A stretch of DNA of 64,000 nucleotides from an uncultured Pseudomonadales bacterium (GCA_964618725.1 CAZUBK010000001.1:196908-260907), one strand, 5' to 3'; positions 36,526 through 49,669 are shown, numbered from the stretch's first letter. Notes: a model not told the origin generated them from the sequence alone. Translations and numbers: made by a program.

Positions 36526-37258
36526 TTTTTGATTTAGTTGCCAGGAAATCTGTATAGAACACTGAGTCATAGACTTTTTGTTTAATCATGTTTTTTGTGA
36601 GTTGACTGAAAAGAGTGACTTTGAAACCGGATTTTTTAAGTAGATCAAGATAGTCGCTTGGATTACATCCGGCTTTGGCAAGGCCATAGGGCCAGAATTC
36701 TCCCAGAATAATTGGATTCTTGCTGCGTTTAAGAATCTCAAGGGCACCTTTGAAGACTTGATAATCAAATCCTTGGGCGTCTATCTTAAGAAAGTCTATA
36801 GACTTTGTGCTCGAAAAATACTTATCTAAGGTAATCGAGCGAACATAAGTATATTTTCTATTCTCACCATTATCGTAAGTCTGATGGTCAACATTTAAGT
36901 CGCTTGATGTGTACAACTTTAACTTTTCGATTTTGTTTCCGACTGCTTTTTTGATGACCTTGATGTTTCTGTACGGGCGAGTGGTTTGCTTAAGGTACTT
37001 GAAATTTTGGATGTCGGGCTCAAAAGCGTGGACCTGTCCGGTTTTATTCAAAAGATTTGATAGAGCAATAGAATAGAAACCAATGTTGGCGCCTACATCG
37101 ACAGTAATCATTCCGGGCACTATGATCTCCTTGAGCAAATCAATCTTGGATTTGTTAACAAAATATTTATAGTGGAAGTAGAAAAACCGGTATAGATTGA
37201 AGTGGCTTTGATAAAGATGATTAAAGGCGACAAAAACAAGTTGTTTAAAGTTTGGCAT
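36512..37258 (-). CDS. FkbM-family methyltransferase.
   Basis: VDVGANIGFYSIALSN...HAFEPDIQNFKYL. Confidence 0.75.
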   Translation of the reverse strand: MPNFKQLVFVAFNHLYQSHFNLYRFFYFHYKYFVNKSKIDLLKEIIVPGMITVDVGANIGFYSIALSNLLNKTGQVHAFEPDIQNFKYLKQTTRPYRNIKVIKKAVGNKIEKLKLYTSSDLNVDHQTYDNGENRKYTYVRSITLDKYFSSTKSIDFLKIDAQGFDYQVFKGALEILKRSKNPIILGEFWPYGLAKAGCNPSDYLDLLKKSGFKVTLFSQLTKNMIKQKVYDSVFYTDFLATKSKITKL

Positions 37259-38819
37259 GAGCTTTAGAAAGACAATGATCGGATTCTATCAAGACCATGG
37301 GTCTAAGACTAGTATTGGGAATCTGAATAATATTGATGATCTTGTTTGGATAGAGATCTAAAAACCGGGGAAGAATTTCTTTTTGCATGTAAAGTTTGTC
37401 CCAACAAAAGGTGAAGAGGTCTTGCGTTTCGTCCAGGCTGGTTTTAATTTTCTTAAGATCTGAGGTAATCGCATATAAATTCGGCTTAACTTTTTTTAGC
37501 TGATCAGCATAGAGATCCCCATACCATTCTTGGCTGGTAAGTAACGCATAATCGATCGAGTAACCGTATTCCCAGATAACGGCCTTCTGTGGTGGGTGAT
37601 TAGCGATGAAATTCTCCAGAGAATTGGCTTGATCGACAGCCAGGGAAGTATGTGTTAGATATGAACTGATCACTGAACTTGAGGCAAATAATACAAAGAT
37701 AATGAATAAAGATTTTAAAATGCGATTGAATCGGGGAAAAAGCAAAGAGGCAATAAAGGCAAAAGCGAAGTAATTGGTTTGTTGGTAACGACTAAGCGAG
37801 TGCTTGGTAAAAGCTAAAATAAAGCCAAAGACAATACAAGCGAGTATTAGCAAAGGGAAGGTAATTTTGTCGCGAAGTTTGTCTTTAAAGTTAAAGAAGA
37901 CCAAAATGAGCGATATGAGAATGATAAAAGTAATTGCAAATGATTCGTTATGCCAGAGGGTTTTGATTGAGGAAATATGAGTTGATATGTTGATTAAGTC
38001 CACAGATCCATCACCGTGAGCCCCCGAGCGTGTGGCAAGCTTAAGTGCCCAACTGATGATGCTGTTGTAGTCTTGAAGGATTGGCGAAATGCCGTAAATA
38101 AAGCCGAGTAAAATGAATATTCCTACTACAATGGAGAAAGGTAAACCTACTGGAAGACTATACATCAAAATGGTCAATACTGGCGGTACCACAGCGAAGG
38201 CCATATTTGTGAATTTGTTGGCGACGGATAGACCTGAAAGTAAAGCAGTAGCGAAAAGGGGGATCTTGTTACGAGTCTTTAAAAAAATGTAAAGGCATGA
38301 GAACCAGATACTGAGAAGAAAAAAGGATACCGTCTCTGAGGCAATTGAGACACCTAAAGAAGGAAAATGTCTGTAACTGAAAAGGGCTAACCAAGAAAAG
38401 ATGATGGCCAACGAGGAATGAGTAGCCCTATAGATGAGAGCTAAAAAGATACTCAAGGCGAGAGTAAATATAAGGCTGTAAAAAACTCGGAGATACAAAT
38501 AGAAATAACCTTGATTGACGATGCTCCAGTAAATAAACTCTGATGGTTGGCTCAAAGAGAAAAAGTGTTTTAGGGGAAGAATGACCTTAGAGAGAGTAAC
38601 TATCGAGGGTGTTGCAGGATGATCAATATAGTAAATTTTGCCAGTGTCGTTGTAAAGTATGGCATTGGTAACATAAACTGCGTCGGGTTCGAAGGTAAAG
38701 AAACTAGTTCTTGGACCGCCGATGAGTACAGGTAAAATGGAGACTAATCCGCCTAGAAGCGAAAGTCCGATGATAATAGCCCGACCAATTAAAGGCTTGT
38801 TACTAGGTTTCTTTTTCAT
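37245..38819 (-). CDS. GT-C-like polytopic membrane glycosyltransferase. It forms a tandem paralog pair with 38816..40357.
   Basis: It has about 12 TM helices, a first-loop motif FEPDAVYVTNA...YIDHPATP, and a C-terminal soluble domain. Confidence 0.6.
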   Translation of the reverse strand: MKKKPSNKPLIGRAIIIGLSLLGGLVSILPVLIGGPRTSFFTFEPDAVYVTNAILYNDTGKIYYIDHPATPSIVTLSKVILPLKHFFSLSQPSEFIYWSIVNQGYFYLYLRVFYSLIFTLALSIFLALIYRATHSSLAIIFSWLALFSYRHFPSLGVSIASETVSFFLLSIWFSCLYIFLKTRNKIPLFATALLSGLSVANKFTNMAFAVVPPVLTILMYSLPVGLPFSIVVGIFILLGFIYGISPILQDYNSIISWALKLATRSGAHGDGSVDLINISTHISSIKTLWHNESFAITFIILISLILVFFNFKDKLRDKITFPLLILACIVFGFILAFTKHSLSRYQQTNYFAFAFIASLLFPRFNRILKSLFIIFVLFASSSVISSYLTHTSLAVDQANSLENFIANHPPQKAVIWEYGYSIDYALLTSQEWYGDLYADQLKKVKPNLYAITSDLKKIKTSLDETQDLFTFCWDKLYMQKEILPRFLDLYPNKIINIIQIPNTSLRPMVLIESDHCLSKAHAKL

Positions 38820-40357
38820 CGGCAGTGAGAAGAAGAAACAGATAATAGATCGGTTCCGGGGATCTCTTCAACTACAAAGGGGTTTTCAGGGTGGGCCTCT
38901 TTAAATATTGGCCAAGAAGTTTTTTGGACATAAAGTCGATCCCAACAAACTTCAAAAAAGGGTTTTGTATCGTAGTAATTTAAACGAAGGTGGGTTGGGG
39001 AGGCGATTTCTAAAAGGTCAGGACGTATGGCTAAAAGTTCTTGATCAAAGCTTCCACCAGACCAAGACCGTCCCCAGAGTAAGGCGAAATCCTTGCTGTA
39101 GGCCCATTCCCAAATAGAAGCGTGAGGGGAGCGATTTTTGTTCGAGTAATCCTCTACGGCAATTGCCTGATTAATGGTTTTGGTAATTACGAAATGGTAT
39201 TTGGAAACAACCAAAAACATTGGACTGATCAAAAATAAAATTAAAATGCTTTTTGCCGTTTTAGGCAAGCGTCTAATTAGGAGACTACCGCTGAAAATAA
39301 GTAGTACGTAGTTGGCAAATTGGTAATGACTCAGGGGATATTTGGCGAAAGTAAGCGTTCCTAATAGTGCCCAGGCGAAGACAGTCAGAATGAACTTATT
39401 TTTTTTTCGGTTGGTGAGCAGTTGCCAGACGAATACCAGCGCAAGAAAAATAATTATCAGGGCGGCCTCGTGGTTGCTACCAACAAGGGCCGAGGCGGAC
39501 TGAAGCCAAGTTTGATAACTAAACAGACCCCGAGGGCCGCCTCCGTGAACTCCTGTAAAAGTCAACAGGCGGACAACCCAGTTAAATAGGGAAGAATAGT
39601 TTCCGCGAATCGGCCAGATGCCGATGACAAAACCAAGGACGACTGAGAATGAGTTAAGGCAAAGATTGAAAAATTTCTGTAATTTGGAAAGTTTCGGGAT
39701 GATAAGAATTAAAGAGAGAGTGATAAAAACCAAAAAAAGGTTACTAAGTTTATTGGCGACGGCAAGGCCAGAAATAAGACTAATAAATATGATTGTCATT
39801 AGGGAGTAAGAGTTTATAAAACGCTGAAATAAAAACAGCCAAGAACTGATGAATAAAAGTGTCAGTGACTCTGGAGCGAGGGCTGTGCCGGCATGAAGAA
39901 AGGATTGATAGCTCATTAAAGAAATCCATCCAAGCAATACGGACAGTGTTGATTTGGTAGATCGATATAAAGCCAGCAAGAAAAGCCCAATTGAAAAACC
40001 TAAAAGAATAGCTTGAATTATGCGAGCGTAATAGTAAATGAAAGTGATATCGGTTACTGCCCAAAGAATGAAGGGTGTATGAAGAACAAACTTGGCCAGT
40101 ACTCGAAGGGGCAGAAAAATAGTTGCCAACCAGAGAATGGTCGGTGTTCCTGGATGGTCTATGTAATGAATCTGGTGACCCTTAATATAGGAGAGGGCGT
40201 TACTTAAATACATTACATCTGGATCGACGGCAAAGAAAACTCCAGAAGCCTGATTACTCACAAGAGGGAGAACCACTAGAATGAAGGTGATTAAAGGAAG
40301 AAGGAAGAGAAAAAGATAACTACTTTTTCTTAACCACAAAATATTCAATGGAAGCAT
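38816..40357 (-). CDS. GT-C-like polytopic membrane glycosyltransferase (paralog).
   Basis: The motif AVDPDVMYLSNA...YIDHPGTP is shared with the previous gene. It has a 4-nt overlap with that gene. Confidence 0.6.
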   Translation of the reverse strand: MLPLNILWLRKSSYLFLFLLPLITFILVVLPLVSNQASGVFFAVDPDVMYLSNALSYIKGHQIHYIDHPGTPTILWLATIFLPLRVLAKFVLHTPFILWAVTDITFIYYYARIIQAILLGFSIGLFLLALYRSTKSTLSVLLGWISLMSYQSFLHAGTALAPESLTLLFISSWLFLFQRFINSYSLMTIIFISLISGLAVANKLSNLFLVFITLSLILIIPKLSKLQKFFNLCLNSFSVVLGFVIGIWPIRGNYSSLFNWVVRLLTFTGVHGGGPRGLFSYQTWLQSASALVGSNHEAALIIIFLALVFVWQLLTNRKKNKFILTVFAWALLGTLTFAKYPLSHYQFANYVLLIFSGSLLIRRLPKTAKSILILFLISPMFLVVSKYHFVITKTINQAIAVEDYSNKNRSPHASIWEWAYSKDFALLWGRSWSGGSFDQELLAIRPDLLEIASPTHLRLNYYDTKPFFEVCWDRLYVQKTSWPIFKEAHPENPFVVEEIPGTDLLSVSSSHCR

Positions 40358-40965
40358 AACATTTAAGCAATGGCATTAAATAATGGTTGATAATATCGGA
40401 AAAGGGTGTACTAAGAGGAAGAAGCAAATCATAATCGTGATTGACAATAGTGAGCCCAGTTTTCTTGAAGTGGCCTTGTAGTTGCAAAGTTGACCAGCGG
40501 TGATGCTCCCCTTCAGGCATTTTGAGATTGAGCTTTTCCGCGAGCATGAGAATTGGTTCCCAAAGTGGATTGGCCATAGTGTTAATGAAGATGGTATCTT
40601 TGGTCATGATCTTACTAATTTCTTTAAAGACAGTACCCGGTTTGGGTAAATGTTCAACGACATCACACATAAAGATGTAGTCTATCCTTTTGGCTTTGAA
40701 TTTGTTGATTGAGTCAGTGGAGAAATGGAGATTGCTATTGTTGTTATATTTTCTTTTAGAAATCTTGATCATTTCGTCGCTGATATCGATGCCGTAACCT
40801 ATCTTCGGAGAAAGATAAGCCAAGAGATCGCCCGTGCCGCAGCCGATTTCTAGAATATTTTTGTTTTTGGGAATCAATCTTCTTAGAAGTTTTTTAAGAT
40901 TCTGATAATAGAAGCGATTCTTCTTCTTATAATAATCATAATTAGGAGCGATCCTATTAAAATGA

Positions 40966-40985
<20 letters not shown>
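40320..40985 (-). CDS. Class I SAM-dependent methyltransferase.
   Basis: ILEIGCGTGDLLAYL (motif I) and the roughly 221 aa size. Confidence 0.75.
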
Positions 40986-43196
<2,211 letters not shown>

Positions 43197-43304
43197 TTAT
43201 ATTCAATCATTCTGGTTTGCAAGTTAGAATTTAAGGATTGAATATATACCCAACATATCAGGTCGAAGATCCTGTTAAGGACTATGAATTCAAATTACTT
43301 GGGT

Positions 43305-44093
43305 CTATTTCAGGAACCTGTATGATGCAAGAGTCAAATATTTTGACACCAGATGAATGGCATAAATGAAGGGATTCTTGGAGTATTTTTTGATTATTTG
43401 GTAGTCTTCTTCGAATTGTTTTTCATAACTGGTGCTACCTTTTGAGTTTTGATGAACTCTGAAAACTGCCAGATTGCTGTTTATTCGTCCGGGTAAAGAT
43501 ATTCCGGCACATCGCAACCAGTAATCATAATCAAAAGCATATTTGTATTTGTCGTTAAAATGACCTACCCTCTTGGCCATATCTTTTGTAAGAAAAACTG
43601 CAGGTTGGTTGATCGGGTTGTATATCTGCAGACCAATAATACTTCGATCGAAAGGAGAAAGTCTTTTAAGAGTGAAGGTCCAGTTGAGATCACTTCTACT
43701 TATTCTGCAGTCGCCTACTACCCATTTTTTATGGGGATTTTTGCTAAAATAACTCGCAACTTTCCTGAAGGAACTGGGGAGATAATAGTCATCAGAATTG
43801 ATATATGCCACGATATCGCCAGTAGCACGTTCCAGCCCGTTGTTGATAGCGTCGACTTGGCCTCTATCTTTCTTTGATCGCCACTTTATCTCTGGGTACT
43901 TCTTAGAGAACTCCTTTATTATCTCAACTGAATTATCACTAGAACCGCCATCGAAAATTAAATATTCTAAGTTCGGGTAGTTTTGTGAAACGACGGATTG
44001 TATGGTTTGTCTTAAAAACCGACCTTGATTAAAGGATGGTGTGATGATAGAAATCCTTGGATAGTCATTAGACATGCTGTCGCCAATACTCAA
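43305..44093 (-). CDS. GT2-family glycosyltransferase.
   Basis: ISIITPSFNQGRFL...LIFDGGSSDNS and INSDDYY. Confidence 0.8.
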   Translation of the reverse strand: MSIGDSMSNDYPRISIITPSFNQGRFLRQTIQSVVSQNYPNLEYLIFDGGSSDNSVEIIKEFSKKYPEIKWRSKKDRGQVDAINNGLERATGDIVAYINSDDYYLPSSFRKVASYFSKNPHKKWVVGDCRISRSDLNWTFTLKRLSPFDRSIIGLQIYNPINQPAVFLTKDMAKRVGHFNDKYKYAFDYDYWLRCAGISLPGRINSNLAVFRVHQNSKGSTSYEKQFEEDYQIIKKYSKNPFIYAIHLVSKYLTLASYRFLK

Positions 44094-45048
44094 GGGTATC
44101 TTTGAGGGTGGTCTTGAAATCTATCTTGGGCTTCCAACCAGTGGCTTTGACAAACTTACTATTGTCCCCCAACAGAATTGGTACGTCAGAAGGACGCATG
44201 CGTTTGGGATCCTGCTCTATCTTTATCTTTTTGACAGTACTCAGAGAAATAAGATAATCTAGCATGTCTTGAATGACCCAGGCCTTGCCGGTAGCGATAT
44301 TATAGACCTCCCCGGGTTCACCTTTTTGAACAGCAAGGTAATAACCACGGACCATGTCTCGAACGTCGGTAAAGTCTCGTTTGGTATTAAGATCACCCAC
44401 GAAAATAACTGGATCTTGAAGCCCCTTTTCGATCAGGGCAATCTGTTTAGCAAAGGTAGAAGTGACAAAGACCTCGCCGCGACGAGGTCCTTCGTGATTG
44501 AAACCGCGGGTACGAACAATCTTAAGACCGTAACTTTTGAAGTATTGATAGCCCATGAAGTCCATTGCAATTTTACTGACAGCATAAGGTGAAAGAGGGC
44601 GAAGAGGATTGGTTTCTTTAATTGGAACTTCGTTTTCGTAAACTAGACCATATTCTTCACTACTACAAGCAATTTGAATACGTGGGTCAATTTGGGCAGT
44701 TCTGACGGCTTCAAACAGGTTGTTGGAACCAACTGTGTTGACCTCAAAAGTGACCGCCGGAGAAGTCCAGGAAGCAGGAACGAAACTTTGGGCGGCTAAG
44801 TGGAAGATGTAGTCAGGCCTAACACTAAGCATAACGTCTTGGAGAGACTTAAGATCTAAAAGGTCGGCTTCAATTAGGTGTAAGCGACCATTCAAATGAG
44901 TCACGTGTTCGGAACGGGAACGCCAGCGGATGATTCCAAAGACTTCATGGCCTTCTTTAAGGAGTAGCTCGGCCATGTGAGAACCAGCAAAACCGGTAAT
45001 GCCAGTAATGAGTGACTTTAGTTTTGGTTTAGAATTTTCTTTTGGCAT
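44068..45048 (-). CDS. gmd: GDP-mannose 4,6-dehydratase.
   Basis: LITGITGFAGSHMAELLL, SSEEYG and FNHEGPRRGEVFVT match the Gmd blocks. Confidence 0.85.
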   Translation of the reverse strand: MPKENSKPKLKSLITGITGFAGSHMAELLLKEGHEVFGIIRWRSRSEHVTHLNGRLHLIEADLLDLKSLQDVMLSVRPDYIFHLAAQSFVPASWTSPAVTFEVNTVGSNNLFEAVRTAQIDPRIQIACSSEEYGLVYENEVPIKETNPLRPLSPYAVSKIAMDFMGYQYFKSYGLKIVRTRGFNHEGPRRGEVFVTSTFAKQIALIEKGLQDPVIFVGDLNTKRDFTDVRDMVRGYYLAVQKGEPGEVYNIATGKAWVIQDMLDYLISLSTVKKIKIEQDPKRMRPSDVPILLGDNSKFVKATGWKPKIDFKTTLKDTLEYWRQHV

Positions 45049-45376
45049 TTTTTAAAGTTTGTTTTCTTACTAATCGTTCTATTTCCTTTTGTAGATTCTT
45101 GACTCCCATATGATTTTGGAATCCCAAAAATGTCAAAAGCATGAAAGCTATTAACATGAGGAAATCCATGGTTCGACTAATAAACAGCTTAGCCAAAAGT
45201 GGATCAAGGACTTTTGGGTCAAGGGTGAAGTAGATGAAGATCCCCCAGACGGTAATCCAAAAAAGGAACTCTATCAGAATAATATTTTTTTGCTTGTAAT
45301 GCAAAAAAGCAACATAAAGCATGAAAAGGGAGAAGAGAACGGTGACGATTTGAATGCCTAAAAGAGTTTCCACCAT
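45029..45376 (-). CDS. Small 3-4 TM membrane protein (possibly DUF2304-like) coupled to the downstream GT2.
   Basis: 115 aa, hydrophobic, with 20-nt overlaps on both sides inside an operon of glycosyltransferases. Confidence 0.45.
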   Translation of the reverse strand: MVETLLGIQIVTVLFSLFMLYVAFLHYKQKNIILIEFLFWITVWGIFIYFTLDPKVLDPLLAKLFISRTMDFLMLIAFMLLTFLGFQNHMGVKNLQKEIERLVRKQTLKNAKRKF

Positions 45377-46017
45377 AAGGAGTAAAAAAAGATTTTAAAT
45401 GCATCTAGGATTGTAACACCTTTGTATTTGTCGATATAGATAGTTTCTATGGGGAACTCAATGAAGCGAAGCTTGTCCTTGTGTTTTCCGAGTCGGGCGA
45501 CCATTTCTGTTTCAACACCATATCGCGGTGATGACCATCTGATTAGATTGTACGCCCGCTTGTTAAAGGCTCTGAAGCCAGAGAGGATATCAGACACGTA
45601 GGCACCAAACATCAAGTTGATGTAGACAGAGGCAAATTTATTGCCAAGTAAACGAACAAGCGGGGCATCTATGGTGGGGCGCCGAGATCCAAAAACGAGA
45701 TCAAAATCTTGTTTTAAAAAAGAAAGGAAGTGCTTGAGCTCTTTTGGATCATGCTGACCATCGGAGTCCATCATTACGATATTATCCGCACCACTGCGAA
45801 AGGCAAAACTACAACCTGTTTTAAGTGCAGCCCCTTTCCCAAGATTGAGGTCGTGGCGAAGTAGGGCGACTTTTGTATCTAGCTTGAGGGGCTTTTTAGA
45901 GCCGTCATCAACCACGATAGTTTGAGCAAGAGGGACAAACTTGACGGTCCTTTGAAGCAATGAAGTAATCACTGACGGCTTCTCGTTGTAGGCCGGAATA
46001 ACTAGAAATGTTTTCAT
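45358..46017 (-). CDS. Short soluble GT2 (Dpm1-like polyprenol-phosphate glycosyltransferase type).
   Basis: LVIPAYNEKPSV...VVDDGSKK and MMDSDGQHDP. Confidence 0.8.
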   Translation of the reverse strand: MKTFLVIPAYNEKPSVITSLLQRTVKFVPLAQTIVVDDGSKKPLKLDTKVALLRHDLNLGKGAALKTGCSFAFRSGADNIVMMDSDGQHDPKELKHFLSFLKQDFDLVFGSRRPTIDAPLVRLLGNKFASVYINLMFGAYVSDILSGFRAFNKRAYNLIRWSSPRYGVETEMVARLGKHKDKLRFIEFPIETIYIDKYKGVTILDAFKIFFYSLWWKLF

Positions 46018-46727
46018 ATATTTTTGAAAACGATTCTAGCGTAGTCGAGAAGAAAATCCAGTAGCGACTTAAGCTTTATTGTGCTTTGCCGGTTATACAT
46101 CACCTCAACAGGAGATTCGTAGATTTTGTTAAAGCCAGACTTGGTAGCTACAGTCAATAGTTCTAGATCAAAGGCAAACCCGTTAATACTAAGTTTGGGT
46201 AGAATTTGCTTTACGAGCTTATGAGTAAATAGCTTGAGACCAACTTGAGTATCGGTTACTCGGAGCCCGAGTAGCAGTCTAGGTGAAGCTTGAGCAATCG
46301 AACTGAGAATACGACGCTGTTTGGGATAGTTCATGATTTTACTCTTAAGATGCCGTTTACTACCAACAACAATATCGGCTTTGTTTGATAGGAAGACTTC
46401 AAATGCCGTTTTAATATTGTCCACTTTTATATCTGAACCGGCGTCGAAGAAGCCGATTATGTCACCTTTAGCTTGATGAAAGCCAAAACGAATGGCAAAT
46501 CCTTTCCCTTGATTAAAGGGATAGTAAAAAACCTTAAGTGATTTGAGTCTTACGGCATTTGCCTGAAGAAAAGTCTGATCATGAGAACTGGCTAGTCCAT
46601 CAACAACGCAGATGATCTCGTAGTTTAGATTCAAAGTACTAAGGAAATTGTCTAATTTGGTTAGATCAGTTCTAATAGTTGGGCAATTAAAGACGGGGAT
46701 AATAATGGATAAACTCTTTTGGTTCAT
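46014..46727 (-). CDS. GT2-family glycosyltransferase.
   Basis: LSIIIPVFNCP...ICVVDGLAS and FFDAGSD. Confidence 0.75.
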   Translation of the reverse strand: MNQKSLSIIIPVFNCPTIRTDLTKLDNFLSTLNLNYEIICVVDGLASSHDQTFLQANAVRLKSLKVFYYPFNQGKGFAIRFGFHQAKGDIIGFFDAGSDIKVDNIKTAFEVFLSNKADIVVGSKRHLKSKIMNYPKQRRILSSIAQASPRLLLGLRVTDTQVGLKLFTHKLVKQILPKLSINGFAFDLELLTVATKSGFNKIYESPVEVMYNRQSTIKLKSLLDFLLDYARIVFKNI

Positions 46728-46766
46728 GGTTGTGATTTCAACTTACTTGAGCTAGTGTAGGTAGTA

Positions 46767-48548
46767 ATGTTATGGCTTAAAAGGTGGTGGTTACTCGTAA
46801 TCATTATAGCTTTAGCTTTCTGGATAAGGGCATTTAAGATTAGTGATTCCCCAGCTAGTCTCTTCTATGATGAGATTGATCTAGGATATCAGGTTAGGAG
46901 CTTGATAGAGACCGGACGTGATTATCGCGGGAGCTTTAGCCCTTTTTTTACCAGGTCGTTTAATACTGATAAGACATCAATACCGATTTTTCTTTCTGTA
47001 CCGATATACATGATCTTTCAATCGCCGGCCCTACAGGTGAGGATGCCGAGTGTAATGGCGGGGACAATGGTGGTGATACTTGGAGTGGCAATTGTGTGGC
47101 AGCTGACGAAGAAAAAACTACCGACCATCGTGATGGCACTTGTAATGACACTTAATCCGTGGATGATTCAATTCAGTCGAATTGCTTTTGAAGCAATTTG
47201 GGTCTTGTTGTTTTACTTAGGCTTCGTATTCTTTTGGTTTCGTTTCTGGGAGAAAAAAAGATACTTTGATTTCTATATCAGTCTCGCCTTACTGGGTCTT
47301 TCGGTCTATTGCTACCGAACGATGAGTCTTTATGTACCTCTAACAGTAATTGTGCTGATATTAATATATCGAGGGGAGTTGTTTCGTCTGCCTTGGAAAC
47401 ACTTACTGCTTGGACTACTCCTATTGGCTGGTGTAACAGGACCGTTTGTTTATCTAACGACAATAGCCTCAGCGGATCAACCGAGAATCAATCAGATCTC
47501 GATCTTTTCAAATAAGAATGTCCCGATTTTTGTACTTCGTGATAGGGAGGTTGATTCGGGGGATTTAACATCTAAAGAGTTGGGAAGAAAACCAAGCAAG
47601 TTATCTTTTTTGTTTCATAGTAAACCGCTTGGGTGGTGGTATGCTTTTAAAAACAATTATTTAGCAGCCTTTTCGACCGAGTTTTTGTTTCTTAATGGAG
47701 ATACTAATTTAAGGCATTCAGTGGGAAAGTACGGGGAACTTATGCTAGTAGACTTAATAGGGTTGATAGCCGGAGGATACTGGTTGATTAAGAAATGGAA
47801 AGACAGGCATTTCCAGTTCTTAGCACTTTGGTTGCTGACGGCCCCGATTGCGTCGGCGCTTACCTTGGACGGTGCCGGTCACGCCTCAAGACTAGTTATC
47901 CTGGCTCCCCCACTTTTGATTCTAGTGGCGCTAGGTTGGTGGCAAGTAGTAATGGTGGTAAAAAAACTATTCGGAAGGTTGACGATGTCATTACTTTATT
48001 TTGGGATGTTTGGCTTGGTACTTCTTAATTTTACATTCTTCTATCATCGACTCCTTGTGCACTATCCACTTGAGTCGGCACGTTGGTTTGGTTATGGATA
48101 CCAACAGGTGGCGGAAAAGGCTCTGATGAGTGGCTATACAAATATTGCCTTAACTGATTCACTTGATCCACCAATGCTTTACTATCTCTTCTGGGCAAAA
48201 GTACCAGCCAAGCAAGTGCAAGCATATGGAAGTGAGTTTGGGAGAGAAGTTATCAAAGGCCAACCACTTGACCGGGTAAAGCCGTTTAACTGGAGCAAGT
48301 TGACTGAGACGTTGAAAATAAAGACGGAGATTGGATCGGTCCTAGAACCGGATACAATTTATGCAGTTACCAGAGCGGAGCTGCCGCTAGATCTAAGAGA
48401 GGGGAGAGAACTGCCTCCTAAGGGAGTCAAGTTGATAGACATAATTTTGTATCCTGATAATGAGGTGGCATTCTATTTGCTGGCGAGAGGAGAGGAGAAA
48501 TCCCTCGACTTCGCTCGGGATGACCTGAACGGTCAGCTGACAAAATAA
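46767..48548 (+). CDS. GT-C glycosyltransferase of the PMT/ArnT (GT39/GT83-like) family.
   Basis: The first-loop motif FYDEIDLGYQVRSL is followed by about 11 TM helices and a C-terminal soluble domain of about 180 aa. Confidence 0.7.
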   Translation: MLWLKRWWLLVIIIALAFWIRAFKISDSPASLFYDEIDLGYQVRSLIETGRDYRGSFSPFFTRSFNTDKTSIPIFLSVPIYMIFQSPALQVRMPSVMAGTMVVILGVAIVWQLTKKKLPTIVMALVMTLNPWMIQFSRIAFEAIWVLLFYLGFVFFWFRFWEKKRYFDFYISLALLGLSVYCYRTMSLYVPLTVIVLILIYRGELFRLPWKHLLLGLLLLAGVTGPFVYLTTIASADQPRINQISIFSNKNVPIFVLRDREVDSGDLTSKELGRKPSKLSFLFHSKPLGWWYAFKNNYLAAFSTEFLFLNGDTNLRHSVGKYGELMLVDLIGLIAGGYWLIKKWKDRHFQFLALWLLTAPIASALTLDGAGHASRLVILAPPLLILVALGWWQVVMVVKKLFGRLTMSLLYFGMFGLVLLNFTFFYHRLLVHYPLESARWFGYGYQQVAEKALMSGYTNIALTDSLDPPMLYYLFWAKVPAKQVQAYGSEFGREVIKGQPLDRVKPFNWSKLTETLKIKTEIGSVLEPDTIYAVTRAELPLDLREGRELPPKGVKLIDIILYPDNEVAFYLLARGEEKSLDFARDDLNGQLTK

Positions 48549-49669
48549 CCGGCGGTATAGTAAGCGGCGGAATAGATAAGAGCGAGAATGCAGAAGGTGA
48601 AATAGATAAACTTCAGTTTGGGGTGATCTTGAAGAAACTGGTTGAGAACGATGAAAGCGGGGAAGAGAACGAGGATGTAACGAGGAACGGAGGAAAGGGT
48701 GCCGGTAAGAGTAGGTAACAGAAAGGCAGCTAGAGAATAGAGGCCATAGGAGGGTCTGATCCTCAAGGAGAGGAGAGAGACAACAAAAAAGAGTATTCCG
48801 GTGATGAACTCAAGCATGGCGACGAAGTAAATATGACTAAACGGATTGACGGTAAGGGCGATTTTTATGTAACGAAAAAACACCTGATGAAGAAGAACTA
48901 CAGTGTTAACCTGGCGAGCGGCGTTGAAGATCGGTTGAACGTGGACAAAATAAATCGGATCGTGAACGAGGAAATAGAGATAGATCATGTAAATGATGAG
49001 ACCCAGAGGGGCAAGAAGTAGAACGAGAGCCTGGGGTCGGAGAAAGGAAGATAGGCTTTTAGTGTGGAAATAGTACTCAAGCAAGAGGGCGGGGAAAAGA
49101 AAGATGCCAACAAGTCGGGTCGCACTAGCCAAACTGGCGAGGAGCGCGGCAAGTAACCAATGCTTCTTTCTGGCGTGATAGAAAGTCAGAATTGAAAGAA
49201 GAAAGAAAAGAGATTCAGAATAGACACTACCTAGGTAGAAGGAAGTGGGGAAAGCCAGGACGAGAATAATAGTTTGTAAACCAAACTTTTTGGGAAAGTC
49301 AAATTGAAGGAGCTTGATGAGATAAACAAAGGCGAGATAAAGACTTAAGTGAGAGACTATCAGACCAGAGAGAATGTAACTGCGAAAAATGAGCGAGAAG
49401 AGGCGAATAGTAAAAGGATAAATTGGAAAAAAGGCCTCGGTATAGTGAGTAGCTCCGGCCTCGTAGCCGTACTTAGCAATGTTAAGGTAGTGGACACCAT
49501 CAAAGTTAGTCCAGATAGTTAGCAAGTCACTTAGACGAAACTGCTCTTTGATGAGATTAAAGTTGGTATTTCGAGCAATAAAGAAGATAGAGACCTCGGC
49601 AATCAGTAAGACTCCTAAACGCCAAAAGCGGAAGAGGCGAAAGAGAGAATTACCCATGCTTAAGGACAT
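48533..49669 (-). CDS. Polytopic membrane glycosyltransferase-like protein (GT-C; motif resembles the PIG-V/mannosyltransferase type).
   Basis: FDGVHYLNIAKYGY in the first loop, about 10 TM helices, and 378 aa. Confidence 0.55.
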   Translation of the reverse strand: MSLSMGNSLFRLFRFWRLGVLLIAEVSIFFIARNTNFNLIKEQFRLSDLLTIWTNFDGVHYLNIAKYGYEAGATHYTEAFFPIYPFTIRLFSLIFRSYILSGLIVSHLSLYLAFVYLIKLLQFDFPKKFGLQTIILVLAFPTSFYLGSVYSESLFFLLSILTFYHARKKHWLLAALLASLASATRLVGIFLFPALLLEYYFHTKSLSSFLRPQALVLLLAPLGLIIYMIYLYFLVHDPIYFVHVQPIFNAARQVNTVVLLHQVFFRYIKIALTVNPFSHIYFVAMLEFITGILFFVVSLLSLRIRPSYGLYSLAAFLLPTLTGTLSSVPRYILVLFPAFIVLNQFLQDHPKLKFIYFTFCILALIYSAAYYTAGYFVS

